Shown here one piece after another: positions 8,772-18,370 of a DNA stretch of 64,000 bases. The DNA comes from Patescibacteria group bacterium (GTDB lineage: Bacteria; Patescibacteriota; Patescibacteriia; PEXW01), in assembly GCA_041671325.1 (NCBI GenBank), contig JBAZBR010000003.1:132506-196505 (forward strand), read 5' to 3'. Made by a program: the position numbers and the translations under genes. The first letter of the stretch is position 1; each line of letters opens with the position of its first letter. Under the pieces are notes generated by a model that worked only from the letters and a program-made list of their open reading frames with translations, did no database searches and had not been told where the DNA came from.

Positions 8772-9515
8772 CTATTTCGATTTTAAACTCGATTGCCAAA
8801 GTAAATTAAAAAAGCCTTCTATTACTTGCTTAAAATCCAGACTCTCAATCATCAATCCGTAATTTTCTTTTTTTGAAGAAATTATAATAACTTTATTATC
8901 ATAAATAATTAAGCCGATTGAAAAGTCAAAATCTTTAGGTGCATACTTTAATTCACGATAATATTGTTTACCATGTCCAGATGCCTTATATTCACGTTCT
9001 TTTGATTTGATTCGAATGGTTTTTATATATATTTTTCGTTTAATTCTCTCTTGGATAAAATTTTCGATTTCTTCCTTACCAATAGTTTCAAACATATCCG
9101 TTACCGGCCATAAATAGTAAATCATTTTTGATTGGCAATTTAAGCCGTCATACATAAGATCAATTAAACCTTGTCTACCCTCGTAAAATTTTACTTTTGG
9201 TTTTTGACTACCTCGATTAAATAATGCTTCTAACACGGGTAAGGAATTTTTTATCAATTTTGACTTTCGTTCCAGGTCCTCCAAGATAAGTAAAGGTTTC
9301 TCAGCGCTATAAAATAATTTATCTTCTTTTGGGGTTGTCGCCACTAAGCCTTTAGATTTTAATTCATCTAAAATACGATAAACAGTCGGACGTTTTAATT
9401 CTGATTTTTTTGATAATTCTAAAACCGTACATGTTCCTAATTCAAGGATAGCTAAATAGACCTTTGCTTCTTTTTCGTTTAAACCATACTGCTTTAGTAT
9501 TTGCTCCAAGGTCAT
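8772..9515 (-). CDS. TrmB-family transcriptional regulator (copy 1)
   Basis: GLNEKEAKVYLAILELG...KRPTVYRILDELKSKGLV winged HTH, KVKFYEGRQG, IYDNKVIIIS C-domain. Confidence 0.9.
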   Translation of the reverse strand: MTLEQILKQYGLNEKEAKVYLAILELGTCTVLELSKKSELKRPTVYRILDELKSKGLVATTPKEDKLFYSAEKPLLILEDLERKSKLIKNSLPVLEALFNRGSQKPKVKFYEGRQGLIDLMYDGLNCQSKMIYYLWPVTDMFETIGKEEIENFIQERIKRKIYIKTIRIKSKEREYKASGHGKQYYRELKYAPKDFDFSIGLIIYDNKVIIISSKKENYGLMIESLDFKQVIEGFFNLLWQSSLKSK

Positions 9516-9619
9516 ATGTTCTTATATTATCAAACTGAGGATATTTTGTCCATAATTTGGACATCAAACAAGCTAATGATTAAAATACCCATTATTTTAT
9601 AGAGTTATTAGTAAAATAG

Positions 9620-9690
9620 TGTCCATAGTATTGACAATCAGATATTGTTTTGTTAAATTGTATCGTTGCTCTTTTCGTTCTTTAAAAACT
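9620..9690 (+). promoter_or_regulatory. Sigma70-type promoter with overlapping TGTC-N9-GACA palindrome and boxA-like motif
   Basis: TTGACA(9631)-17-TAAATT; TGTCCATAGTATTGACA; GTTCTTTAAAAACT at 9677. Confidence 0.55.
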
Positions 9691-9705
9691 AAAAAGGAGT
9701 GCTTT

Positions 9706-10041
9706 ATGCCATGGAAATGCATCAAAGAAAATCGAATTTATAGAATACACTGCGGCTTAACTAATGTTTACGTAAATTGGAACCGTGAGAATGGTGAATT
9801 TCATATTTTTGCTGGGGGTTATCAAGCATCACATTATTTGCCGCCACCAGGTAATACGGAAAAAATATTATCCGTTGATGAACCAGAGTTCTTCTATAAA
9901 CTATGGTCAAGGTTTAGGCTGGAAAAAGGATTACCCGATCACTTTTATGAGCTGCTTGATCATCTGTTTATCGCTTTGCATATCGAAGTAATTTATCTTA
10001 AAAGACCGGGTAAGTATTTCAAACTGGTTAATGATGATTAA
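9706..10041 (+). CDS. Hypothetical protein
   Basis: ATG 9706 after AAGGAG; in frame with track ORF 9619-10041. Confidence 0.65.
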   Translation: MPWKCIKENRIYRIHCGLTNVYVNWNRENGEFHIFAGGYQASHYLPPPGNTEKILSVDEPEFFYKLWSRFRLEKGLPDHFYELLDHLFIALHIEVIYLKRPGKYFKLVNDD

Positions 10042-10113
10042 ATAACTTAAATCATATCAGCTGTTTTGGGCTTCTTTAATGCTAATGAAGGATTTTAAGC
10101 TCGAGGAGATGAA

Positions 10114-10617
10114 ATGCTGACAATAGTTTTTTGCGTGTTAGGTTGCGCTATTTGGCTGATAAACCGTTATGGAGGCAAGCCGTTAAGCTTTGAAAAAGTC
10201 GTGCTTGGCTTCATTATGCTTTTTCTCAGCACGTGCCTGGGATTAATCTTGGCATTTTTGGTCGGTAGTTGCTTTAAGCAACAGATGGTTCAGGTGCAAG
10301 AAATTCCCTTGATTGCATTACGGGGCAGTGCACTGCCAAGCGGAAATTTTTTTCTTGGCACTGGCCAATTAGATGCCGAAATGTACTACTGGTTCTATCG
10401 TCGATTGCCGGAGGATGATAATTGCTTTCAGGTGGAAAAGCTAAAGGCTGATAACGAAGTAATTTATCTTTATGAAGAAGACAGGCCCGATGGTGTACTT
10501 CGCAAGTTCCAAAGTGATTTTGTGAACCATAGCCATCTATTTGGATTTCCAGCTATCAAGCTGCGTTTTGAATTTCATGTCCCACGTGGCAGTATCGCCA
10601 GGAACTTTGCGTTATAA
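10114..10617 (+). CDS. Hypothetical membrane protein
   Basis: Two N-terminal TM segments, SGNFFLGTG motif, GAGGAG RBS. Confidence 0.75.
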   Translation: MLTIVFCVLGCAIWLINRYGGKPLSFEKVVLGFIMLFLSTCLGLILAFLVGSCFKQQMVQVQEIPLIALRGSALPSGNFFLGTGQLDAEMYYWFYRRLPEDDNCFQVEKLKADNEVIYLYEEDRPDGVLRKFQSDFVNHSHLFGFPAIKLRFEFHVPRGSIARNFAL

Positions 10618-10795
10618 AATTCTTATAACGGGTGGAGAATATCCACCCGTTTGGTAATTTTGTCGGGAGCAGAAATTATGGCGACGAAAATTCTTTTGAT
10701 TAGGAATTACAAAAAAACTGGCCAGAAGCCTTCAAGGCTTCGGGATACAAGCTAAAATAGTCCAAAATTAACCGGATGCATCAAGTGATCCGGTT

Positions 10796-11551
10796 TTATT
10801 TTAAAACTTTACTTATCCGCCATAGCATGTCAAAAAGCGCCTTCTGATTGTAAGCAAATTCTTCGGATTCAATAATCATCCCAAAATTTTCTTTTTTTGA
10901 GGAAATAATAGAAACAATATTGTCGTACAAATACATAGTCATTGAAAATTTGAAATCTTTAGGCGTTAAGCGGACTTCACGCTTATCTTTAATACTGCTT
11001 GCCCACTTATATTTTTTAACTGTTTTTATTACCTCCTTGCTTTCCGGCCTTAAAGATAATAAGTTGTAACCTTTTTTGATCCGATCTTGAGTAAGTTTTT
11101 CAAAAAATTCCTCTCCGACTAAATCTAAAATATCCTTTAAAGGTAATATGCTTCTTAAAGTTTTTTCTTGGGCTTCCAAAGTTTTTTCCAAAACAGTTTT
11201 GACTCCAGTTGCACCTTCGTAATATTCCATGCGAGGCTTGACGCCGGGGACATAGAACATTGATTTCAGCTGGGGCAATAAGGCGTCAAGCTCCGCTTCT
11301 TTTTGCCGAATAGAATTTTTCAACGTACTCGGGTCTTCGGCGACAAACAACCTTTTTTTGCCCTTGATGGTCTGGGTAACCAATTGCTTATTAATCAAAT
11401 TCTGAAGAAGGTCATAGACTGAAGTTCTTTTGATTTGGGTAATATCCGCAATTTTTTGGACAGAGGATTGGCCGAGCTCCAAGCAGGCGAGATACACCTC
11501 AGCTTGTTTTTGGTTTAGCCCGAAATTTTCTAGTTTTTTTGATATTTCCAT
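10796..11551 (-). CDS. TrmB-family transcriptional regulator (copy 2)
   Basis: GLNQKQAEVYLACLELGQSSV...KRTSVYDLL, YYEGATGV, LYDNIVSIIS. Confidence 0.9.
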   Translation of the reverse strand: MEISKKLENFGLNQKQAEVYLACLELGQSSVQKIADITQIKRTSVYDLLQNLINKQLVTQTIKGKKRLFVAEDPSTLKNSIRQKEAELDALLPQLKSMFYVPGVKPRMEYYEGATGVKTVLEKTLEAQEKTLRSILPLKDILDLVGEEFFEKLTQDRIKKGYNLLSLRPESKEVIKTVKKYKWASSIKDKREVRLTPKDFKFSMTMYLYDNIVSIISSKKENFGMIIESEEFAYNQKALFDMLWRISKVLK

Positions 11552-11699
11552 AAATGTCGACTAATTCCGACAACAATTTAAGTATAACGCATATATAGAA
11601 TATGTCAATAGTTATGCACATAATAATCAAACAATTTGAGATAAATAACGAAATTAGATGTTGATAAATTGGTAAAATAACCATTAAATACTGTCTTTT

Positions 11700-11740
11700 T
11701 GTCGGAAGCTCTTGACAAATTTTTCAAACGGATATATACT
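11700..11740 (+). promoter_or_regulatory. Sigma70-type promoter with overlapping TGTC-N10-GACA palindrome
   Basis: TTGACA(11712)-17-TATACT(11735); TGTCGGAAGCTCTTGACA. Confidence 0.7.
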
Positions 11741-11779
11741 GGTTTGTTAACAATAAACACAAAAAAAGCGAGGTTTGAA

Positions 11780-12337
11780 ATGAAGTGCTTTGAAATCAGC
11801 AATGACAAAGGCCAAGAGGGGTTTCGAATTGAAAAGTGCGCGTATTCCAACGGTAACAAGTATGACGCCATAGCTGTCGGCGAATTAAAAATACCGGCTT
11901 TTGGTTGGCGAAACGACGAAAACCGACTGTTGGATGCGGAGCTTTGCTTCCAGCCAGCTGGCGTGAGAAGCAATGTCCCGGGTTTAGGCCGAGTTGAATT
12001 TCGGAAGCCGGAATTGACTGGTGTTGAGTCCGCCATCGTCAAATGGGAGCTGTCCGGCAGGGATTTGTACGAAATCACCACGGACGGGACAGTTGTCGCC
12101 ATTGAATACGAAGACAGGGTTGTCGACGGCGACGGCAGCGTGCATCTCAAGAATCCTACCCTTTTGGTGATTCTGAATCCCGGCCAAGGAATTTTTGCCC
12201 ACACCAGCAAGATAGCCAAATGTATCAGTGTTTTTTACGAATCAGCGTTCAAGCTCCCTATAGCTCAGTGGGACACTGATCAGTGGGGCATCAGGAATCC
12301 TCACACGGGAGTAGAAATGATTGAAGGGAGATCCTAA
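11780..12337 (+). CDS. Hypothetical protein
   Basis: ATG 11780 after GAGGT; terminator-like hairpin at about 12392-12424. Confidence 0.7.
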   Translation: MKCFEISNDKGQEGFRIEKCAYSNGNKYDAIAVGELKIPAFGWRNDENRLLDAELCFQPAGVRSNVPGLGRVEFRKPELTGVESAIVKWELSGRDLYEITTDGTVVAIEYEDRVVDGDGSVHLKNPTLLVILNPGQGIFAHTSKIAKCISVFYESAFKLPIAQWDTDQWGIRNPHTGVEMIEGRS

Positions 12338-12499
12338 ATCATGCAAAAGGATTTTCCACTTCCGTCTCCTTGTTTTAAAAATGCTCACATTGGGAGCCGG
12401 CGACTGCCAAGCCGGCTCCCTTTTCTATTCCATTTAATAATTTAGTTGTTGGCTGAAATAGAAAAATGAACTTTAACAATTGAATTAAGGAGGTAAAAA

Positions 12500-13102
12500 A
12501 TGAATGATCAATCCGAATCCGCGGTTATTCTGATTGGTTTTGTCTGCAATACCAGTACGAACTGGGTTCGTGAGTCTTTGGCGGGACTAAATTTGATTTT
12601 TCTTTTTGTTAGTTCTTCGGTAACAAGTTATGAAGAAAATGTTTTACGATTGATACTTAAGAACCAAGTCAAAACTGTTCTGATAAGGATTAGTGGCGAT
12701 GAAAACGGTTCTGAGATATTGGGTCTATTCAAACTGATTAGCGCAATCAAACTTTATTGTTCTGAAATCAAGGTGCTGACCATAAAACATGGTTTTGTTG
12801 AATTTAACAAACCAAAAAGTCGTCAGGCAGATGTAGACGGCAATATTGAATTATTCACGGAAGGTAATATCTTGCGCGGTTTTGTTGAGAGGCAAATTAG
12901 CCAAGATTCCGCTAAAGCAGTCTTGTCTGATGAGCAAATCACTAAAATACAAAATCGTCTTGCTGTACTTGAAAAAGCAAAAACAAAGTGGCAAACGATT
13001 GATAAGTATTTCGCAGTGGTCGGTAGTGTGTTAGATATGATTTGGTATGGTTTTTGGATTTTGCTCGTATTTGGCCTTATTTTTATTATATTCACTAGTT
13101 GA
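12500..13102 (+). CDS. Hypothetical protein with C-terminal TM segment
   Basis: AAGGAGGT RBS, 200 aa; terminator at about 13115-13150. Confidence 0.75.
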   Translation: MNDQSESAVILIGFVCNTSTNWVRESLAGLNLIFLFVSSSVTSYEENVLRLILKNQVKTVLIRISGDENGSEILGLFKLISAIKLYCSEIKVLTIKHGFVEFNKPKSRQADVDGNIELFTEGNILRGFVERQISQDSAKAVLSDEQITKIQNRLAVLEKAKTKWQTIDKYFAVVGSVLDMIWYGFWILLVFGLIFIIFTS

Positions 13103-13186
13103 AGACAAATCATAAATCCGTTTTAACTAACAAGTTAAGGCGGGTTTTTTATTGACAAAAAATAATAATTTTGATAACAATAAAGC

Positions 13187-13313
13187 ATGTTCAAACATTC
13201 TAAAAATTTATTGAATCGTCGCAACGGTCTTTTATTGAGGCCGTTTAATGGTGTTTGAATATTTTTTAAGTAATTTATTAAAACTCTCCAAGCGGCCTAA
13301 ATAGCCGTTTTTT
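13187..13313 (+). promoter_or_regulatory. Putative leader-peptide transcription attenuator
   Basis: 23-aa uORF 13187-13258, alternative pairing of AGGCCGTT, terminator GCGGC-N7-GCCGT plus T-run. Confidence 0.6.
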
Positions 13314-13344
13314 GTTCTTTTCAAACTTCAACAAAGGAGAGTTT

Positions 13345-14013
13345 ATGAACTCGCTAGTCATTAGAAACGCTTCACTTCAAAATTTGGAGCAATTACGCCA
13401 AATAGAAGAGAAGGCCTGGTCAACCCCAGGAGAAAACGTCTGTGCAAATCCTGAAAAGATTAAGCAAAGAATCCTTACTTACCCAATCGGGACAAGTGTT
13501 GCTTTTTGTGAAAAACAGCCAATCGGCAGCCAATACGCGTTTAAAATGCAGTGGGATGGGAATATTGAAAGTCTAAAAAGCTGGGATTTTCACACCAAAG
13601 AAGGCTGGATCAATCAGGCTCATGACCCAAGCGGGGGCACAGGCTTTTTAGTGGGCGTGGGTGTTGTCCCAGAATTTAGAGGCATACGCTTTGAACAAGG
13701 GATTATTGATAATCAGAAAAAGTACAAGGCTTCGCAAATGCTTATTGCTTTTACATTAAAAAACCTTTTTGCTGATCAGGTGAGGCGGGTTATTGGTTGC
13801 GCCAGGGTTCCTTTCTACCATCAAAAATCCCAGCTTTCAATCGGCGATTATTGCGCATTAAGATTACCTGATGGCAGGCTTTTTGATCCCGTCTTGAGAT
13901 TTCATGAATTTATGGGCGCGCAAATCGTCAAACCCATTAAGTATGCTATGGAAGACCAGGAAAGTCTGAATGCTGGTTGCTGGGTGGTTTATAAATATCC
14001 TTTTAAGGGTTAA
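13345..14013 (+). CDS. GNAT-like acetyltransferase-fold protein
   Basis: IRNA..LEQLRQIEEKAW, HDPSGGT, VGVVPEFRGI, DPVLRFH..MGA; AAGGAG RBS. Confidence 0.7.
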   Translation: MNSLVIRNASLQNLEQLRQIEEKAWSTPGENVCANPEKIKQRILTYPIGTSVAFCEKQPIGSQYAFKMQWDGNIESLKSWDFHTKEGWINQAHDPSGGTGFLVGVGVVPEFRGIRFEQGIIDNQKKYKASQMLIAFTLKNLFADQVRRVIGCARVPFYHQKSQLSIGDYCALRLPDGRLFDPVLRFHEFMGAQIVKPIKYAMEDQESLNAGCWVVYKYPFKG

Positions 14014-14050
14014 AATAGGAGGGCAGGCATACTGCCCTCCTCAAAATTTT

Positions 14051-14725
14051 ATGAAAAACGAATTTAGTTTAAAGAAATTAATAAATAATTATTATTTAAT
14101 TACGGATAACCAACCAGAAGCCTCAAATATTTTTGTTTACCTTAATAAAGGGCAGGCTCTGGTAATTGATAGTGGTGTCAGTAAAAAAAATTTAAAACAA
14201 TTTATCAGCAGTAAATTCAAAATTAAAAAAATTAAAATTACATTGACGCATGTACACTTTGATCATATTGGCGGCTTAAAATATTTCAAACCCTCAGAGG
14301 TGTTTTTGCCAAAACAAATAAAGAATAACCTAAAAAATAAAAAGAATTGGGCTTTGGAATATATTACCGATAAAGAAACGCAAAAATTATTTAAAAATCT
14401 AAGTTTAAATAGTATACTTTACCAAAATTCAGAAGGTAATTTAAAAATATTCAAAATAATAAATGCATTGGGCCATACAAATGAATCGGTAATGTTTTTT
14501 GATAAGCAGAATAAGGTTTTAATTACGGGAGACAGTTTATATTCAGGCAAACCTTATTGCTTTTTTTATAATTCCTCCAAAACTAACTTTATAAAAACTT
14601 TGAACAAGATCAAGAACCTGAAATTTAATTATATTTTGCCCGGCCATGGCAAAATCCTAAATAGAAAAGCCGCCCTAAGCACGATTGATAATTGGATAAA
14701 GGCATTAAAAGCAAAAAAGCTATAG
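14051..14725 (+). CDS. MBL-fold metallo-hydrolase
   Basis: VIDSG, THVHFDHIGG, GHT, LITGDSL, LPGHG. Confidence 0.9.
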   Translation: MKNEFSLKKLINNYYLITDNQPEASNIFVYLNKGQALVIDSGVSKKNLKQFISSKFKIKKIKITLTHVHFDHIGGLKYFKPSEVFLPKQIKNNLKNKKNWALEYITDKETQKLFKNLSLNSILYQNSEGNLKIFKIINALGHTNESVMFFDKQNKVLITGDSLYSGKPYCFFYNSSKTNFIKTLNKIKNLKFNYILPGHGKILNRKAALSTIDNWIKALKAKKL

Positions 14726-14924
14726 AATTGGCTTTTGTGATCCAAAATGCCAATCTGGCGTTCCTTATCGCCTTAAAAGCATAATTTTAAGAAAGATTTT
14801 AACTGTCCTGGCCGACTGATTATAACGCTATTCCTAAGGAAAATTCGACCTTTTTAATCATCCATTGAAATTTGTTTTTACTTCAACTATCATAGATTCA
14901 CTAAAGCTTTAATTTTTTTCATCT

Positions 14925-15251
14925 ATGCCAGAAATCCAATTCACTGACCAGAATTTCAAGAAAGAAGTCTTGGATGAAAAAACCAAGCCGGTTTTGGTGG
15001 ATTTTTGGGCAACTTGGTGCGGGCCGTGCAAGGTCCAAGGGCCGATCATTGAAGAGGTCGCCAAGATAATCGGCGATAAAGCCAAAGTGGGCAAATTGGA
15101 AGTAGATGAAAACCCGCAGACCGCCCAGGAAAACGGAATAATGAGCATCCCAACCTTAATAATTTTTAAGGCCGGCAAGCCAGTTTGGCGGATATCCGCG
15201 GTTCAGTCAAAGGAGGCTATAACGAAAGAACTAGAAGCTCATTTGAAATAA
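14925..15251 (+). CDS. trxA: Thioredoxin
   Basis: VDFWATWCGPCK, IMSIPTL. Confidence 0.95.
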   Translation: MPEIQFTDQNFKKEVLDEKTKPVLVDFWATWCGPCKVQGPIIEEVAKIIGDKAKVGKLEVDENPQTAQENGIMSIPTLIIFKAGKPVWRISAVQSKEAITKELEAHLK

Positions 15252-15252
15252 T

Positions 15253-16224
15253 ATGCTAAACAAAAAAATTGAACAATTTGATGTAATAATTGTCGGTGGC
15301 GGCGCTTCAGGCTTGGTAGCCGGGCTTTTTACCAGCCGCCGGCTTTTAAAAACCTTAATTATTTCCCAAGACGTTGGCGGCCAAGCCGCCACGACGCCTG
15401 AAATCGAGAATTACCCTGGCTATGATAAGGTTGATGGTTTGGATTTGATGAAAAATTTTAAAAGCCAGGCAGAAAAGTTTGGCGCGGATTTCAGATTGGA
15501 AACCGTGAACAGCATTGATGCCTTGCCAGAAAACCGTTACCGCGTAAACACCAATACTTTTTTCGCTGAAGCTGACATGGTGATTCTGGCTTTTGGATTA
15601 TCACACAGGCACTTGAATATCCCGGGCGAAGAAACGCACGTGGGTAAGGGTGTTTTTTATTGCGCCATTTGCGATCCCAAATATTATGAAAAGAAAAAAG
15701 TCGTGGTGGTGGGCGGCGGTTCGTCCGCAGTCCAAGCTGCACTTTCCATCAGCGAATTGGCCAAACAAGTAATTATCGTGAATGTCACGGCGGCTTTGTC
15801 AGCAGAAACAGTTTTAGTGGAACGTTTGAAAGAAAAGAATAATGTTCAGGTCATCAATAACGTTTCAGCCAAAGAAATTCAAGGCAAAGATTGGTTGGAT
15901 CAAATTATTGTCACCCATTCTGATACTAAAAAAGATGAAACCATTGCCTGTGATTGTGTTTTTGTGGAAATTGGTTACATGGCTAAAGCTGAATGGGTCA
16001 AACATTTAGTAGTAACTGATCAGCGGAACCAAATAATCATTTCCCCAAATTGCGAGACTAATCGGCCAGGCATTTTTGCGGCCGGCGACATTACCACCAT
16101 CGCCTTCAAACAAGTAATAATTTCGGCGGGCGAAGGTGCCAAAGCCGCTTTACAGGCTTTTCAATATCACTTAGCCAAAGAAGGCAAGCGCGCAGGCAAT
16201 ATTGATTGGGGAAAGAAAAAATAA
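15253..16224 (+). CDS. trxB: Thioredoxin reductase-like FAD oxidoreductase
   Basis: GGGASG, IENYPG, CAIC redox motif, PGIFAAGD. Confidence 0.85.
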   Translation: MLNKKIEQFDVIIVGGGASGLVAGLFTSRRLLKTLIISQDVGGQAATTPEIENYPGYDKVDGLDLMKNFKSQAEKFGADFRLETVNSIDALPENRYRVNTNTFFAEADMVILAFGLSHRHLNIPGEETHVGKGVFYCAICDPKYYEKKKVVVVGGGSSAVQAALSISELAKQVIIVNVTAALSAETVLVERLKEKNNVQVINNVSAKEIQGKDWLDQIIVTHSDTKKDETIACDCVFVEIGYMAKAEWVKHLVVTDQRNQIIISPNCETNRPGIFAAGDITTIAFKQVIISAGEGAKAALQAFQYHLAKEGKRAGNIDWGKKK

Positions 16225-16246
16225 TTTGTTAATGTAGTAATAGATC

Positions 16247-17515
16247 ATGGCGAACCCATTTCTTGGCGCGATGACGCAGTTAGAACGCGCTTCAAAAATC
16301 ATCGATTTAGAACCGCATGTCTTGGATATCCTCAAAAGGCCAGTGCGGATTTTGGAAACCGGCATACCCGTGAAAATGGATGACGGTTCGACCAAAATTT
16401 TCCAGGCTTACCGCGTGCAATATAATGACGCCCGTGGGCCTTTTAAGGGCGGTATCCGTTTTCACCCCAATACTGATTTGGACGAAGTTAAAGCTTTGGC
16501 GTTTTGGATGACTATTAAATGCGCAGTAGTTAATATTCCTTTTGGCGGGGGTAAGGGCGGGATTACAGTTGAACCAAAGACTTTAAGCCAACGGGAACTT
16601 CAGAATCTTTCCCGAGGTTGGGTTAGAGCTTTTGCTAAATATTTAGGACCCAGAAAAGATGTGCCTGCCCCAGATGTTTACACCAACCCGATGATAATGG
16701 GTTGGATGGCTGATGAGTTTGGCCAAGTTTCCGGCGAATGGCAACCCGGCGCTTTTACGGGTAAGCCTTTGTCATTAGGAGGTTCCGAAGGTCGAACTGA
16801 AGCCACGGGTCAGGGTGGCTTTTTGGCAGTTGAAGCTTTGGTTAAAAAACTTGGTCTGGAAAAAAATAAAACTACTGTGGCTGTCCAAGGTTTTGGGAAT
16901 GTCGGTTTTTATATTGCGAAAAAACTACATGATGCAGGTTATAATATTGTAGCTTTATCTGATTCCAAAGGCGGCATCCAAGACAAGCGCAATCACGGCA
17001 TGGACCCGGAAAATATCATGAAATCCAAAAAAGAAAGGGGCATGATTGATGGCTGTTATTGCGCAGGTACGGTTTGCGATTGCGAAAATTACCAAAAAAT
17101 TTCCAATGAAGAATTGCTGGAAATGGAAGTTGACATTTTAATCCCGGCGGCCTTGGAAAATGTCATAACCAAAGAAAATGCTGGCAAGATAAAAGCTAAA
17201 GCAATTGTGGAAATGGCTAATGGCCCGACCACGCCTGAAGCTGATGAAATTTTAAATCAAAAAAATATTCCCGTAGTACCAGATGTCTTGGCTAATGCTG
17301 GCGGAGTGACAGTTTCCTATTTTGAATGGGTCCAGAACAATCTGGGCGAAGCCTGGACCGAAGAAACAGTCTTGAATAAGTTAAAGCCGATTATGGAAAA
17401 AAGTTTTGACGAAGTTTGGGATATGTCTGTTGAGAAAAAAATTAGTTTGCGGACCGCGGCTTTTGTCATAGCTTTGCGAAGGGTTGCCGAAGCGATTAAA
17501 GCTAGGGGGTTGTAA
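16247..17515 (+). CDS. gdhA: Glu/Leu/Phe/Val dehydrogenase (glutamate dehydrogenase)
   Basis: GPFKGGIRFHP, PFGGGKGG, DVPAPD, QGFGNVG, LANAGGVTVSYFEWVQN. Confidence 0.93.
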   Translation: MANPFLGAMTQLERASKIIDLEPHVLDILKRPVRILETGIPVKMDDGSTKIFQAYRVQYNDARGPFKGGIRFHPNTDLDEVKALAFWMTIKCAVVNIPFGGGKGGITVEPKTLSQRELQNLSRGWVRAFAKYLGPRKDVPAPDVYTNPMIMGWMADEFGQVSGEWQPGAFTGKPLSLGGSEGRTEATGQGGFLAVEALVKKLGLEKNKTTVAVQGFGNVGFYIAKKLHDAGYNIVALSDSKGGIQDKRNHGMDPENIMKSKKERGMIDGCYCAGTVCDCENYQKISNEELLEMEVDILIPAALENVITKENAGKIKAKAIVEMANGPTTPEADEILNQKNIPVVPDVLANAGGVTVSYFEWVQNNLGEAWTEETVLNKLKPIMEKSFDEVWDMSVEKKISLRTAAFVIALRRVAEAIKARGL

Positions 17516-17520
17516 ATTCT

Positions 17521-17626
17521 CTGTCATTCTGAATCCCGCCATAAGGCGGGATGAAGAATCTTAATAAATATTAATCCCTATAAAGATCCTTCCTCCCTGC
17601 CCATAGGCAGGTCGTCAGGATGACAG
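17521..17626. repeat. Palindromic REP/RPE-like element (GTCAT...ATGAC family)
   Basis: ctgtcattctga...tcaggatgacag termini with internal hairpins; relatives at 45732, 50556, 62704. Confidence 0.75.
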
Positions 17627-17710
17627 AAATAACGTCTTCAAAAAATTGACGCTTCTTTTGGATTAGTTTAGGCTAAGTTAAAATCGACCATTTAAAAAGG
17701 GGGAGAAGAA

Positions 17711-18268
17711 ATGTGGCGGCAAGTCTGGCGGCATGTTAATGTGCCAAACGCTTTTTCTTTTTTAAGAATGCTATTAGTAATCCCGATTTGGATTTTAAAC
17801 AGTCAGCAGACTTTTTTGGCCATTTTGTTCGCCTTTGTAGTTTATTTATTCGCTTTAGCCACTGACGCCCTTGACGGTTACACTGCCAGAAAAAGGAATT
17901 GCGTAACCGATGTGGGTAAACTACTGGATCCTTTGGCGGATAAGGTGTTGCACGTGGGGATCCTGCTCCAATTTCAAAGGTTTTACCCCCAGATCAATAT
18001 CCAATTTGCCCTAATCGTCATTTTGGCGGTAGTTCTGGCGGCTTTACCTGGTATGGTGGTTTTTTTCAAAGTAAAGAAGAAACTAGGCTCGAATATCTTT
18101 GGCCAAATCAAAATGTGTGTCGAAGGGGCTGCCGTTAGTTGCCTTTTTTTACGCCAGATGGATTGGGCTTGGTGGTTATTGTGGGGAGCCGTGTTAATGG
18201 CTGGTATCAGCATTCTGGGGCACTTGCTCATCAAGGACAAAAGTCCTGAAGCCAAAATCGCTAATTAA
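17711..18268 (+). CDS. CDP-alcohol phosphatidyltransferase family protein (PgsA-like)
   Basis: NVPNAFSFLR, TDALDGYTARK..VTDVGKLLDPLADK. Confidence 0.92.
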   Translation: MWRQVWRHVNVPNAFSFLRMLLVIPIWILNSQQTFLAILFAFVVYLFALATDALDGYTARKRNCVTDVGKLLDPLADKVLHVGILLQFQRFYPQINIQFALIVILAVVLAALPGMVVFFKVKKKLGSNIFGQIKMCVEGAAVSCLFLRQMDWAWWLLWGAVLMAGISILGHLLIKDKSPEAKIAN

Positions 18269-18370
18269 AAACGACCGTTGGAAATTCCTGGCGGCCGTTT
18301 TTTTGTTGCAAAAGATTACTTTAGGCCTTAGAGTGAAAAGTGATAGAATGCGGATATATAATAGAAACTT

